Origin: Clostridia bacterium
Lineage (GTDB): Bacteria; Bacillota; Clostridia; Oscillospirales; SIG627
Assembly: GCA_017453605.1 (NCBI GenBank)
Contig: JAFTEP010000149.1
Coordinates: 1 to 55,615 of the forward strand
Direction of reading: 5' to 3'
DNA length: 55,615 nt
Shown here: positions 1-10,013 of the stretch, in pieces
Layout: each line of letters starts with the position of its first letter
Numbering within the stretch: the first letter of the stretch is position 1
Made by a program: the position numbers and the translations under genes
Notes under the pieces: generated by a model
Database searches by the model: none
What the model saw: only the letters and a program-made list of their open reading frames with translations
Told to the model about the DNA's origin: nothing

Positions 1-428
1 AAGACCTTGGGATCCTTTTCTTTCATCCTCAGCGCGGTCTTCAGACACTCGTCGATACACTTGCCGATGTCTCCGCTGTCGTGGATCAGTCTGACCTCCG
101 CTCCGTAGTGGCGGACGAGCTTTCTTCTCTCCTCGCTGACGGAGTCGGGCATGATGATGATCGTGCGGTAGCCCCTCACGGCGCCGACAAGAGCGAGCCC
201 GATCCCCTGGTTGCCGCTCGTCGGCTCGACGATGATGCTGTCTTTGTCCAACAGTCCCGCCTTTTCCGCCTCGTCTATCATATTGAGCGCGGTGCGTGTC
301 TTTATTGAGCCTCCAACGTTGAGCGCCTCCATTTTCACGAGGATCTCGGCGCTCCCCGGCAGGGGCATTTTGTTGAGTCTGATAAGCGGCGTGTGTCCGA
401 CCGCCTCCAAAATATCCTTGCAGACCAT
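1..428 (-). CDS. cysK: Cysteine synthase A (O-acetylserine sulfhydrylase), N-terminal part; C-terminus lies beyond the window edge
   Basis: Not in the ORF track because no stop falls inside the window. Hand translation of the reverse strand from ATG 428..426 gives MVCKDILEAVGHTPLIRLNKM...LNVGGSIKTRTAL...EPTSGNQGIGLA...IIMPDS. These are the PLP-lysine and TSGNxGIG motifs of the CysK/CysM fold-II PLP family. Confidence 0.8.
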   Translation of the reverse strand, partial: MVCKDILEAVGHTPLIRLNKMPLPGSAEILVKMEALNVGGSIKTRTALNMIDEAEKAGLLDKDSIIVEPTSGNQGIGLALVGAVRGYRTIIIMPDSVSEERRKLVRHYGAEVRLIHDSGDIGKCIDECLKTALRMKEKDPKV

Positions 429-461
429 GTTTTTCCCTTTCGGTCTATATTAGTATTATTT

Positions 462-908
462 TTATTTTATTCTCTTGAAGAGCCTCGCGCTCCAGAAGTC
501 CATGAGGTTGTCCTCAAGATAGAATTTCAGGATGCGCTTCGCGTCCTTTGCGGCGGTGCTGAGCATGATGAGGCCGACTTCGTTTTTCAGGGCTTCTTCG
601 GCGTATCTGAAAAGCTCGCGTCCTATCCCCTTCGAGCGCATTTCCGGCACGACGTAGAGTTCTTCGAGCTCGAAATATTCCTCGCCGCTTTTTGCGACGG
701 AGCTGTCCTTTTCGACGCGCTCTGTGATCCCGAAAAGATATCCGACGATCCTGTCGTTTTCCTCGCAGACGAAGACACGCCTGCCCTCAATATCCGCGGG
801 TCCGTTTTCTCTGTAGCCGCGGCAGTTGTTCTCGGCTTCACATTCTCCCGACAGACGGATCAGTTCTTTCAGGACTTCGCCCTCGGGCTTAACTTCTCTT
901 ATTGTCAT
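462..908 (-). CDS. GNAT family N-acetyltransferase
   Basis: 148 aa. Acetyl-CoA motif A region VVPEMRSKGIGRELF. GGAG RBS. ATGA start/stop overlap with the upstream gene. Confidence 0.8.
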   Translation of the reverse strand: MTIREVKPEGEVLKELIRLSGECEAENNCRGYRENGPADIEGRRVFVCEENDRIVGYLFGITERVEKDSSVAKSGEEYFELEELYVVPEMRSKGIGRELFRYAEEALKNEVGLIMLSTAAKDAKRILKFYLEDNLMDFWSARLFKRIK

Positions 909-1663
909 TTTTTCTCCGGCTTTTTCGATCTTGTGGCGAGCATCGTCGGCACGTTCATTTCGTGCAGTCTGCCCGAACCGTTGGTGTCCTCATACATTTC
1001 AAGCAAAATAAATCCCGCGTCCAGCTGACCGCCGATCTGCTCGGTGATCGTGTGGGAAAACTGCATCCCGCAGTCCTCGTCCTCCAGAAGCTTTTTGTGA
1101 GCGGGGTTCGTCAGCGGATCAAAGGGAAGAGAATTGACGATCTCTTTTTCTTCCCCGTCAACGAGATAGTTGACAAAGTGATCCGTCCCGGCGATAAGGT
1201 ATCCTCCGCTTTTCAGCACCCGGAAGCACTCCCGCCAGACGTGAAGGACGTCCTTGACGTAGCAGTTTGAAACAGGGTGGAAGACAAGATCGAAGCTTTC
1301 GTCCTCAAAGGGCAGACGCTTTGTCATATCTGCGCGGACGATCTTTATCTTGTAGCCCTCTCTTTCGGCGACCAGCCTTTCGCTTTCGAGCTGTCTCGGA
1401 GAGTAGTCGAGGACGGTGCAATCCGCCCCGAGAGCGGCAAAGACCGGCATCTGCTGACCCCCGCCCGAGGCGAGCCCGAGGACTTTTTTGCCCCTCAGAT
1501 CCCCGAACCAGCTCTTCGGCACGGGCTTCGTCGGAGTGAGCTTGACCTCCCAGTCGCCGTTTACGGCGCGAAGATAGGTCTCATGGTCTATCGGCACTCC
1601 CCACTCCCAGCCCTCGTCGACCCAGCGGTCGATCGTCGAGGCGTTTATATCGGTGTAGTTCAT
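905..1663 (-). CDS. Class I SAM-dependent methyltransferase
   Basis: 252 aa. Motif I VLGLASGGGQQ followed by the acidic VLDYS. GAGGAAG RBS. Confidence 0.8.
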   Translation of the reverse strand: MNYTDINASTIDRWVDEGWEWGVPIDHETYLRAVNGDWEVKLTPTKPVPKSWFGDLRGKKVLGLASGGGQQMPVFAALGADCTVLDYSPRQLESERLVAEREGYKIKIVRADMTKRLPFEDESFDLVFHPVSNCYVKDVLHVWRECFRVLKSGGYLIAGTDHFVNYLVDGEEKEIVNSLPFDPLTNPAHKKLLEDEDCGMQFSHTITEQIGGQLDAGFILLEMYEDTNGSGRLHEMNVPTMLATRSKKPEKK

Positions 1664-1686
1664 TTTTCTTCCTCACAATAAAAGTT

Positions 1687-2187
1687 TTATAAGTATGCTT
1701 TTATGACGCTCCAGGCTCCCGCAAGCCTTTCCATGTCCCACGCGGCGTTCGCAGGGCTCGTTGACGGCAAAAGCGCGGCGTCTCTTCCGGTCAGAGGCAG
1801 CTGGAGTTTTTCGTACAGACGAAACGAAGCCGCGCCGTTGCAGAAGATCGCGCGGATATCCCCTGCCGACAGGATCGGCGAAAGATCGTTGGGGACGGCG
1901 TTTTTTATGCTCGCGTCGGACGAGCCGGAAATATCGCAGCTTTTCACGGTGTCCCAGAGCGCGACGCGCTTAGTCAGTAACAGCGTCTTTTTTTCTTCGA
2001 CGGTTTCCGGAATCTTTTCGCCGAAAAGCCCGGCAAGAAGCCGCCAGAAGCGGTTTTGCGGATGAGCGTAGAAAAATCCCTGCTCCCTCGACTTCACAGA
2101 CGGAAGGCTCCCGAGGATCAGCACCCGCGAATCCCGGTCAAAAACGGGATCTATCCCGTGAACGACGCGGACCCGTCCCTCCTTCAA
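1687..2187 (-). CDS. Uracil-DNA glycosylase superfamily protein (DNA-deoxyinosine glycosylase-like)
   Basis: 166 aa. VLILGSLPSVKS...FYAHPQNRFW is typical of the small UDG-family glycosylases. Start is TTG, overlapping the GH31 stop (TTGA). Confidence 0.7.
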   Translation of the reverse strand: MKEGRVRVVHGIDPVFDRDSRVLILGSLPSVKSREQGFFYAHPQNRFWRLLAGLFGEKIPETVEEKKTLLLTKRVALWDTVKSCDISGSSDASIKNAVPNDLSPILSAGDIRAIFCNGAASFRLYEKLQLPLTGRDAALLPSTSPANAAWDMERLAGAWSVIKAYL

Positions 2188-4244
2188 ATCTCAAACCTCA
2201 CGGTCCTCGCGCCGTCCCTGACCTCGCAGCTCTGCGCGTCGACGCTCTCCGTCGTGCCGTCCTCGCGGTGCCACACGACCGTATAGCGGAATTCCGGAGG
2301 CATATCCGGGAACACGCCCTCGCGGGAGCGGATCGTGAGCACGTTTTTTCTCAGGCTCATCTTCGTGACGGCGAATTCGCCCTTCTCGTATCCGTAGGTG
2401 GAATAATCGTCCTCGTAGAGTTCAAAATCGGCGTCCTTTCCGGGGTAGACGTGGACGTAAAGCCTTTCTGGACGGTTGTTTTTCAAACTCGGCGCCCAGT
2501 CCTGCATGACGACGATCGAGCCCGCTTTCACGAAAAGCGCGCCGCACTGAGGCGCCTCGGGAACGTAAGTGAACGCGCCCCTCTCTTCGATCCTTCCCGT
2601 GAAGAAGTCGAACCAGCGGTCCTCCTCGGGAAGAAGAACGTTCTCGTCGGTGGCGACGACAAGAAAAAAGTCGCCGAGCATATATTCGTTGAACACGCCG
2701 TCGTACGCGTCCGTGTCCCGGTAGACAAGGCTCAGCGGACGAAGGATTGGGAACGACGTGGCGTTCGCGACGTGCGCGAACGAATAGACGTAGTGGAAGA
2801 GCGACGAGCGCAGGCGCGAATAGAAGCGGTAGCACTCCTCGGTCTCGGGGCTGTCATACCAGGGATAGCGCCAGTTGTCCCAGCCCAGATGCTGACTCCA
2901 GGGGGCGAGAAAACCGAAGTGGATCTCCCGTCTGCCCGGCCCCATATCGAAAGAGGCGTTTGAGTGTCCGCACATCGCGTGGTTCATCAGCGAAAGCAGC
3001 ACGTCCGGCCCGCATCCGGTGTCTCCGGCCCAGGTCGCGGCGTATTTCTGCATACCGGGATAGACCCCGGGCGTGTAGATCATCGCCCTGCGCCCGGTGT
3101 AGTTTTCAAAGCCCTCTTTCATCTGCTTTGCGTAAACGACCGGATACAGATTTCTTATCTCGTCGTCAAGGTATCTTCCCGCCCAAAGTCTGTCGGGGAA
3201 CGGCAGGACCTGATCCGCGCCGTCGAGCTTGAAGGCCTCCGCTCCGTTGTCGACGAATTTTTTCAGATGCTCGAACCAGTCCTCGCCGGGCTTGGTGGTC
3301 TTGTCGAGCCTCACTCCGGCGCTCAGACGGGGATCGTCGATCGCGGCGTCCGGATTGGAGCGCTTATACTCCTCCAGCACGTCGCCCTCCTCCTTCCAGA
3401 AGAGGTCGTATCTGCAGCAGAGCCAGAGGCTCAGGGAAAAGCCCATCCTGTTGAGGCTCCAGATGAAGGAACAGTCGCCGTAATAATCCTCGGGCTTCCA
3501 GAACGGGAGATAAAAGCGTTCTTTGTTCCATTTCTTTTCGGTCGAATAGTCGTAGTGCTTACTCATCCAGCTCGGCTCGAGCCCCAGAACGTCGCAGGGG
3601 ATCCCGCGGTCGCGGAAGCGGAGCGCGTCGTCGAGGACGCTGCGCGCGTCCGACTGCTCGTTGAGGACGAAAGTCAGACCGTAGGCGCTCTTGGGCAGCA
3701 TGACCGGCCGCCCCATGACCTTTCCCGCAAGAAACAGGGCGCCGGCGAGATCTTCGGCGCAGAAGACGACCATATCCAGCGCGCCCTTGTCGGAATATAT
3801 CCTCAGCACGTCCGGCTCGGAGGACGCGATATCGAAGACGTGGGCGTAGGTGCAGTTTATGAGGATCGCCCAGCCGCGCGAGCTCATGATATAGGGCATC
3901 GGACCGTATGAGCGGAAGTTCTCCTGCTTCATCACGGCGATCTTTCCGTGCTTTTCGAGACAGTCCCTCGATTCGTCGCCGAGACCGAAGAGCCGGTCGC
4001 TCTTTGCGAGAGGAAGGCGGATCTCAAAGCCTCCGTCCTCCCCGGCGGAAAGAGCAAACTTCAGTCTGTAGCTTTCCGTCACAATCTCCGCCTCGCTGCC
4101 GCCGTCCTCCGAAACGAACTCCGCCTCCCCGGCGGGCGCAAGATCTATCGCCCCGTATTTTGAAAGGAGCGATTCGCGCGGCTCCCTGCCGGTCCAGTGC
4201 CTTATCCTGAAGATACCCCCGTCGAGATTAATTATCTTTGTCAT
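2184..4244 (-). CDS. Glycoside hydrolase family 31 (alpha-glucosidase/alpha-xylosidase-like)
   Basis: 686 aa. FKLDGADQ (YicI-like FKTDFGE nucleophile region) and ATWAGDTG (WGGD acid/base region). Confidence 0.8.
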   Translation of the reverse strand: MTKIINLDGGIFRIRHWTGREPRESLLSKYGAIDLAPAGEAEFVSEDGGSEAEIVTESYRLKFALSAGEDGGFEIRLPLAKSDRLFGLGDESRDCLEKHGKIAVMKQENFRSYGPMPYIMSSRGWAILINCTYAHVFDIASSEPDVLRIYSDKGALDMVVFCAEDLAGALFLAGKVMGRPVMLPKSAYGLTFVLNEQSDARSVLDDALRFRDRGIPCDVLGLEPSWMSKHYDYSTEKKWNKERFYLPFWKPEDYYGDCSFIWSLNRMGFSLSLWLCCRYDLFWKEEGDVLEEYKRSNPDAAIDDPRLSAGVRLDKTTKPGEDWFEHLKKFVDNGAEAFKLDGADQVLPFPDRLWAGRYLDDEIRNLYPVVYAKQMKEGFENYTGRRAMIYTPGVYPGMQKYAATWAGDTGCGPDVLLSLMNHAMCGHSNASFDMGPGRREIHFGFLAPWSQHLGWDNWRYPWYDSPETEECYRFYSRLRSSLFHYVYSFAHVANATSFPILRPLSLVYRDTDAYDGVFNEYMLGDFFLVVATDENVLLPEEDRWFDFFTGRIEERGAFTYVPEAPQCGALFVKAGSIVVMQDWAPSLKNNRPERLYVHVYPGKDADFELYEDDYSTYGYEKGEFAVTKMSLRKNVLTIRSREGVFPDMPPEFRYTVVWHREDGTTESVDAQSCEVRDGARTVRFEI

Positions 4245-4784
4245 TCCCGTTCTCCCTTTCTTCCGGCGCGCCGAGATCCTTTTCCCACCAGAGGTTTCCG
4301 TCCTCCTTCAGGAACGTGAATCCGCACCTTTTTAATACGTTCTGAGATCTTATATTGTCCGGCAGCGTGTCCGCGAGGATCTTTTTTATCCCGAGAGTTT
4401 TCCCGAACTCGCAGAAGGCCGTCAGAGCCTCCGTCATATAGCCGTTGCCGATGTATTTCGGGTTCATCCCGTAGCCGACTTCCGTCACGCCGTTTTTCGG
4501 GACGTACTTGAAGTCGATCGAGCCGATCACGCAGTCGGAGGCTTCAGGACGATCAGAAATTCCGTGAAGAAGAGATAGTTTTCTTCGTCGTCGGCGATCT
4601 CTTTTTCGAGATGTTTAAGAAAATCCGTCAGAAGATAGTCGAGCTCCTCCCCGCGGTATTTCACGCCGAATTTATTTTCAAACGCCGCCAGGTCCGAGTT
4701 GAACAGCGCGAGGTTTTCCTTCGTGTAGGGAAAGAGGATCAGTCTTCCGGTCTCAATCGGCGAAACGGTGAGTTCTTTTTTCAT
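4228..4784 (-). pseudogene. GNAT (RimJ/RimL-like) N-acetyltransferase interrupted by a frameshift
   Basis: Two adjacent ORFs (4527..4784 and 4228..4530) are the N- and C-halves of one GNAT. The first ends ...FLIVLKPPTA*. The other frame reads ...EASDCVIGSIDFKYVPKNG... across the same bases. The frame break lies at about 4538-4548. Confidence 0.7.
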
Positions 4785-5460
4785 TTTGTTCTCCGCTCAG
4801 GATCCCATTTTTGTTTTCGTACCAGTAGACAATCTTTTCTTTGACGTCGTAGACCATCGACACGACGGTCGGACAGACTTCCTGCGCGACTGCCCTCAGA
4901 ATTTCAAAACAGCCGTCGGCGTCTATATCATCCGGCGCTTTTTTCAGCCTGCGGTCGGCTTCCGTATACCTGTCCCAGCCCATCCAGGGATGCTTTTCGC
5001 TGTCCTGCTTGAACGGCGAGAAGTTTGTCAGGATCTTGTACTCCGGCTTGGGGTAGTATAAAACTCCCTGCCCGGGGATTATATGAAGCGCGTTCCCTTC
5101 CCCGTCCGACAGCGCCGCCATGAACGTGACGCCCGGGACGCTCGATATCTTTTCTTTTTCGGCGATATCTTTTATCTCGCCGAGAGTTTTTCTCCGGTAC
5201 AAAAGGTCCATATCGAGAAGGATGACGTTTCTTTCCCCGCCTTCGGGATCGCTTCTTTTGTCGAACGGCCAGCAGGCGGGCATCCCCACGAAATCCCCTC
5301 TCGAATTCGCGCCGAAGATCGGCATCCAGCCCTCTTTTGCGTCGAGGATATCTATGAAAACGCCGTCTTTTTCGGGTCTGACCCGGTATTCCATATCTTT
5401 AAGATCTAAATTCCAGCCTATAAGAGTCTTTTTCTTATTGATGACAAGACTTGTGCACAT
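4753..5460 (-). CDS. Ntn-hydrolase, choloylglycine hydrolase / linear amide C-N hydrolase-like
   Basis: Start moved to ATG 5460 (GGAGG RBS; the upstream gene ends at 5477). The protein then begins MCTSLV, an N-terminal nucleophile Cys right after Met, typical of this family. Confidence 0.6.
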   Translation of the reverse strand: MCTSLVINKKKTLIGWNLDLKDMEYRVRPEKDGVFIDILDAKEGWMPIFGANSRGDFVGMPACWPFDKRSDPEGGERNVILLDMDLLYRRKTLGEIKDIAEKEKISSVPGVTFMAALSDGEGNALHIIPGQGVLYYPKPEYKILTNFSPFKQDSEKHPWMGWDRYTEADRRLKKAPDDIDADGCFEILRAVAQEVCPTVVSMVYDVKEKIVYWYENKNGILSGEQNEKRTHRFAD

Positions 5461-5476
5461 TTTTATACCTCCGAAG

Positions 5477-6835
5477 TTATTTTGTACTGTCTTCCGAGTA
5501 GAACGTATAAGTTTGTTTTCCTTTCTGCTTAGATTGATACATCGAGGCGTCGGTCTTCTCGAAGAGGTTTTCGGGATCGCTCGCATCCGAGCCGTGGACT
5601 ATCCCGACGCTGATAGAGGCTTTCGGAAGCCCGTCGACTTCCTCGTCCATCTTTCTGTTGATGCCGTCGATGATAGAGGCGATAAGGTTCTGCTGAGATT
5701 TATCGGTATGCACCATAATGACGACGAACTCGTCTCCGCCGATGCGGCAGATATAGTCGTCCGACCTGAAGCTCTCGTTGAGGATGTTCACGAGCTTCAC
5801 GAGGATCTTGTCGCCGATCTCGTGACCGTAGGTGTCGTTGATGTTCTTGAAATTGTCGACGTCAATGAGCATCATGTAGGTGCTCTCCAGATCTATCCCG
5901 GACATGATCAGATCGTAGCCCGCGCGGTTGTATGCGCCGGTCAGCTCGTCGTGAGACGCCTTGAAATTGAGCCTTTCGAGGCTTCCCTTGTAAACGTCGT
6001 ACATCTTGTTGGAGGCGCGCGCGAGATACCTGAACTCGTTCGCCCCGACCTCCGGGATCGGGCTGTCGTTCTTGATGCGGTCGACCGCGTTGAGGACCGG
6101 GTGGATGCCCAGACGCGAGGTCAGCCAGACCATAAGGAGGATCACGCAGGTCTGCAGGATGATGATGACGCGCATGACGGAAAGCTCTTTGTTCAGAGAT
6201 TCGAGCGCGGAGGCGTCGGACGAATATGACGACTTTTCGATCTTGCTCAGGCTCGCCGTCATATTCCTTCTTATGAGTTCCTTCTTAGAATAGTATTCTT
6301 CGTCGAGGACCATCTTCGTGGCAAGCTGCATCTTCTCCTCCGGAGAGAGAGCGGCGTCCGCGTCGGAAAGCTTGACAGTGTCAAGGATCTCGGGGCAGTC
6401 GGTATAACCCTTCGCCTCTACCACGAGCTTCATCGCGTAATACTCCCTATCCATAAGCTCCAGAGAGGCCTTCATCGCGTCCTGAAGCTTCAAAAAGGCT
6501 TCTTCGCCGCCTTCGCTCGAGGCGAGCTTTTCCAGGGCGGCTTCACGGCGGTTCACTTCGAATGCCTCTCTGAAGTATTCATTCATAAACTGCCTGTCCC
6601 CGTCCACAGTGAACCTCTGGACCTTTTCGCTCAGATAATCCGAGGCGTCCATCAGCTCGGAGGCCGCGTTCCTCAGCTCGTTCTGCCGTGCAGTGACGCT
6701 CGTCATCTCGCAGAACGCGTCGAACAGATGAAAGGTGTAATACAGCATCAGACCGGAAATCACGATAGCTCCGACTATCAGCCACAGATTTACCACTCTG
6801 AGCGATATTCCGTCTTTTTTTCCGTTTTTCGACAT
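5477..6835 (-). CDS. Membrane-anchored diguanylate cyclase (GGDEF domain) with N-terminal sensor region
   Basis: 452 aa. Two hydrophobic segments flank a ~200-aa extracytoplasmic region. C-terminal GGDEF domain with RIGGDEF. Confidence 0.9.
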   Translation of the reverse strand: MSKNGKKDGISLRVVNLWLIVGAIVISGLMLYYTFHLFDAFCEMTSVTARQNELRNAASELMDASDYLSEKVQRFTVDGDRQFMNEYFREAFEVNRREAALEKLASSEGGEEAFLKLQDAMKASLELMDREYYAMKLVVEAKGYTDCPEILDTVKLSDADAALSPEEKMQLATKMVLDEEYYSKKELIRRNMTASLSKIEKSSYSSDASALESLNKELSVMRVIIILQTCVILLMVWLTSRLGIHPVLNAVDRIKNDSPIPEVGANEFRYLARASNKMYDVYKGSLERLNFKASHDELTGAYNRAGYDLIMSGIDLESTYMMLIDVDNFKNINDTYGHEIGDKILVKLVNILNESFRSDDYICRIGGDEFVVIMVHTDKSQQNLIASIIDGINRKMDEEVDGLPKASISVGIVHGSDASDPENLFEKTDASMYQSKQKGKQTYTFYSEDSTK

Positions 6836-6938
6836 TATTTCTCCGCCCTTTCTTTTGTTCGGGTCTTTTTCAGACTGTGATGGTTAAAAGATACGTTTTT
6901 TCTCCCGATACAGGGTCAAATCGCCCGCTTTTTTTTAT

Positions 6939-7457
6939 TTACAGAAGCGATTCTACAGTCTTTTGGTAGTCGTCCTCGATAAGCGTGACTTTTTCTCCGC
7001 TCGCCGTGAATCCTTCGGCGTACGCGCGGTTGTCCTCTTTCAGTTTTTCGCGGGTGAGACCAAATCCGAAAAGCCTCTTTTCGATATCCGAGGAATGCGC
7101 CCTGATATCCTCAAAATGCGCGTCGATATAAGCGTCCGAAAAAGCAAGGCAGATAAACCTTATCTCTTCAAGATATTTTTCGTCGAGATCGCGCCGCCAG
7201 CCGAAGGGAACGTAGCAGCCCTCGACGATGAGATCCTGACGGTTTTCGATCGCCGTCTTTATGATCTCCCTGACGATCGGCCACAGATATCCCACGAGCT
7301 TTTCGTCGTCCTCCGGCGTGAGAGAGGTATTGCCGGTCCTTATCAGACCCATTTTTATATGATCCATGCTCATATACGGGATATGATATTTTTCGAGCAT
7401 CTTCTGAGCCAGAAGAGTCTTTCCGGCGTGCGACGCCCCGGTAATGAGAATTATCAT
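6939..7457 (-). CDS. P-loop NTPase/kinase (2-phosphoglycerate-kinase-like AAA family)
   Basis: 172 aa. Walker A ITGASHAGKT at the N-terminus. ATGA overlap with the upstream gene. Confidence 0.55.
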   Translation of the reverse strand: MIILITGASHAGKTLLAQKMLEKYHIPYMSMDHIKMGLIRTGNTSLTPEDDEKLVGYLWPIVREIIKTAIENRQDLIVEGCYVPFGWRRDLDEKYLEEIRFICLAFSDAYIDAHFEDIRAHSSDIEKRLFGFGLTREKLKEDNRAYAEGFTASGEKVTLIEDDYQKTVESLL

Positions 7458-7774
7458 TTTTTTGAGTATCTCTTATAGATTTTTTTGTAAGCGACAGCGA
7501 GAGCGGGGATCCCGGCAAGACATCCGGCCATCATCACCCATCCCGCCGCCTCCGAGCCGAGAAAACCGATAAGGGCGCTTATAAAGAACACGGCGGAAAA
7601 CGCGATCCATAAGACTGCGTTCGCTCTGTTATACGCCTTTACGTCGGTTATCTCTTCGCTTATGTTCTCGCTTCCCGACCAGAAGCGCATCGGCTTTTTT
7701 GTTTTCAGCGCGTATATCCCGATCCCGGCAAAGAACGAGCCTGCAAAAGCCGAAACGACCGGAAAGATCATCAT
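7454..7774 (-). CDS. Small integral membrane protein, function unknown
   Basis: 106 aa with three hydrophobic helices. ATGA overlaps on both sides. Confidence 0.6.
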   Translation of the reverse strand: MMIFPVVSAFAGSFFAGIGIYALKTKKPMRFWSGSENISEEITDVKAYNRANAVLWIAFSAVFFISALIGFLGSEAAGWVMMAGCLAGIPALAVAYKKIYKRYSKK

Positions 7775-8103
7775 TTCTTTTTATTTTTTGCGGGTCTCTT
7801 CTTGGGCTCCGGAAGCTCTTTGTAAAGCGCCTCCATAAGCTCTTTCAAAAAATCTCTGTCCTCCACGTTGTCGACGAGCAGCATCATTTTTCCTCCCTCG
7901 TAGGGAAGTTCCTCCCTCGCGTCCGGCATGAGTGCTCGGGCGGACGCGGCAGGCTTGACAAGAAAGCGGTCGTCGTAGATACCGCCGATCACTTTTCCCC
8001 GACAGTAGACGACGTATTCCCCCATCATCGCGCGATAGGTTATCCCCTCCGCGTTTGAAAGCTGATCGAGTATGAAATCGAGATAAGCTTTGCTTGACGC
8101 CAT
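7771..8103 (-). CDS. TfoX/Sxy N-terminal domain protein
   Basis: Start set at ATG 8103 (GGGAGA RBS; the upstream gene ends at 8117). YRAMMGEYVVYCRGKVIGGIYDDRFLVK matches the TfoX_N pattern. Confidence 0.7.
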   Translation of the reverse strand: MASSKAYLDFILDQLSNAEGITYRAMMGEYVVYCRGKVIGGIYDDRFLVKPAASARALMPDAREELPYEGGKMMLLVDNVEDRDFLKELMEALYKELPEPKKRPAKNKKK

Positions 8104-8116
8104 TTTGTTCTCCCGT

Positions 8117-8644
8117 TTATTTAAGGTCGATCCAGTAGCGCTGTTCAATATCCCCGTCTGAGTCGACGATCTCGTTTTCCAGCACGCCGCCGTTTTTTAT
8201 GATCGTCTTCGCGGAGGCGGGATTGTCCTTGTCGCAGACCATCAGCACCCTGTCTATCCCGAGCTTTTTGCACTCTGTCAGCGCGAGCCTGACAAGCTCG
8301 GTTCCGTAGCCCTTGCCGCGTTCCGTCGGTCTTATCCCGTCGCCGATATGCCCGCCGTCTAAAAGCAGCCTCTCGTTCAGATAGTGCCTGATATTTACCG
8401 CGCCGATCAGCCTATCCCTCTCTTCGTCGAGCAAAAAGAACACGGAATCCGGCACGCTTCTTTCGGTCTCGGCTTTCACATCGAGTTCTTCGAGATATTT
8501 TTCAAAATCGTGCCAGTCGTTCTTGAAGACAGCCCAGGGCGAGCGGTTCGTGTGATTTTTTTCCTGATCCGCCCTCCACTCGTCGAGCATCTCTATAAGC
8601 CGGTCTTTATATTTTTCTGTCAGTTTTATCAGCTTCAGCGGCAT
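8117..8644 (-). CDS. GNAT family N-acetyltransferase
   Basis: 175 aa. IRPTERGKGYGTELV motif A. GAAGGA RBS. Confidence 0.8.
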   Translation of the reverse strand: MPLKLIKLTEKYKDRLIEMLDEWRADQEKNHTNRSPWAVFKNDWHDFEKYLEELDVKAETERSVPDSVFFLLDEERDRLIGAVNIRHYLNERLLLDGGHIGDGIRPTERGKGYGTELVRLALTECKKLGIDRVLMVCDKDNPASAKTIIKNGGVLENEIVDSDGDIEQRYWIDLK

Positions 8645-8678
8645 TTCTTTTCCTTCTGTTTTGTCAATTTTTCCGTCG

Positions 8679-9611
8679 TTACAGCGGCTTTTCGGCGACG
8701 AGGCGGCAGTAGCCGTGGATCTTTTCGACCGACAGGACGATCAGCCAGCCCGCGATGCCGTTCATCGTGGCGTCGTCGGAAATAAAGGCGCGCATGGTTT
8801 TCACGAGCGCGGGATGACGAAAATACTTTCCCGCGATCCTCTCAAGTCTCTTCAGCGAGGGACGGATCGCGTCGGTCAGATCTTCAAACTCCGGCTCGTT
8901 GAATCCGGCTTCTCTCAGAAAGCTCCTCATATCGCCGATATATTGTCCGGAGCCCGTCACGCGCATCGAGGCGAGGACGACGTTTGAAACGAACTTTTCA
9001 AAATCCGTCATTTCTTCTCCCGGTCTCGGCTCGAAAAGATCGAAGATCACGAGCTTTCCTCCGGGCTTCAGAACTCTGAAGCACTCAGAGTAGACCTTCT
9101 TTTTGTCCGCGCTGTAGCAGACGGTCTCAACGCCGAAAACTATATCGAACGACCCCGGCTCGAAGCGCGACAGGTCGTGATAGTCGCCCTCAAAAAGCTT
9201 CACGTTTTCCCCGGCTTTCTTTTTCAAAAAGCCTCTGCCGGGTATGTCGAGCGCCGAGAACGAGACCTTCGGGAACTTTTCGCAGAGCCAGCCCGTGTTC
9301 GCGAGAGCGCCCGCACCGATCTCCAGCACGCGCTCCGTTTTTTCGCCGATCAGCGAGGCGATGAATTTCGCCTGCGCCAGAAGGTCCTCTTTGTGATAGG
9401 CGCCGTCCGCGGAGAGCCCCATGTGGATCTCTTTTCCTCCGTGGGCGTGGACGTGGCGGTAAAAGAACTCCGACGCGCGGTAGTACGACGCGACGTCGCT
9501 GTTCGCGGTCCCGTGAGAGACCAGCTCGTCGAGCGGGTAGTATTTGTTTATGATCTCAAGCCGCCGGGAGATCTCGGCGTTCGTTTCGTTCGAGCGATCA
9601 AATTCTGTCAT
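8679..9611 (-). CDS. SAM-dependent methyltransferase (CFA-synthase-like fold)
   Basis: 310 aa. Motif I VLEIGAGALANTG, then SALDI and LKPGGKLVIFD. Confidence 0.75.
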   Translation of the reverse strand: MTEFDRSNETNAEISRRLEIINKYYPLDELVSHGTANSDVASYYRASEFFYRHVHAHGGKEIHMGLSADGAYHKEDLLAQAKFIASLIGEKTERVLEIGAGALANTGWLCEKFPKVSFSALDIPGRGFLKKKAGENVKLFEGDYHDLSRFEPGSFDIVFGVETVCYSADKKKVYSECFRVLKPGGKLVIFDLFEPRPGEEMTDFEKFVSNVVLASMRVTGSGQYIGDMRSFLREAGFNEPEFEDLTDAIRPSLKRLERIAGKYFRHPALVKTMRAFISDDATMNGIAGWLIVLSVEKIHGYCRLVAEKPL

Positions 9612-9633
9612 TATTCTTCCCCGAAAGCTTTTT

Positions 9634-9972
9634 TCAGCCTCTTCTTTCTTCTCTGAGCGGTCTGTCCCACTTTATGACAGCATTGTGCGCCGCGCAGATC
9701 CCGTCGAGAGCCCCGGCGAGATTTTCGATGAACGCCGCTTCTTTTTTCTTCGATCTTCTGCCCTTCGCGCTGAAAAGTTCTTTTTCAAGATACGCGTCGT
9801 AGGAGACCGCGAAATCCTCGTCGTTTTCGTGCGCGAAAAACGTGACCGCGGCTTTATAGGTGATCGACCCCGCCTCGGAATCGCTTATCAGCATGACGAG
9901 CGCTCCCCTGCGCTTCACGCCCGAAAACTCCGCATCCGCTTCAAAATGGCGCTCATATACGTTTGTGACCAT
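9634..9972 (-). CDS. Hypothetical protein
   Basis: The track ORF starts at GTG 10017. ATG 9972 (MVTNVYERH...) has a much better RBS (GGAGAGGAAAG). No recognisable motif. Confidence 0.5.
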   Translation of the reverse strand: MVTNVYERHFEADAEFSGVKRRGALVMLISDSEAGSITYKAAVTFFAHENDEDFAVSYDAYLEKELFSAKGRRSKKKEAAFIENLAGALDGICAAHNAVIKWDRPLREERRG

Positions 9973-10013
9973 GACTTTCCTCTCCGTTTTGTCAAGCTTT
10001 CCGCGGTCCCGCT

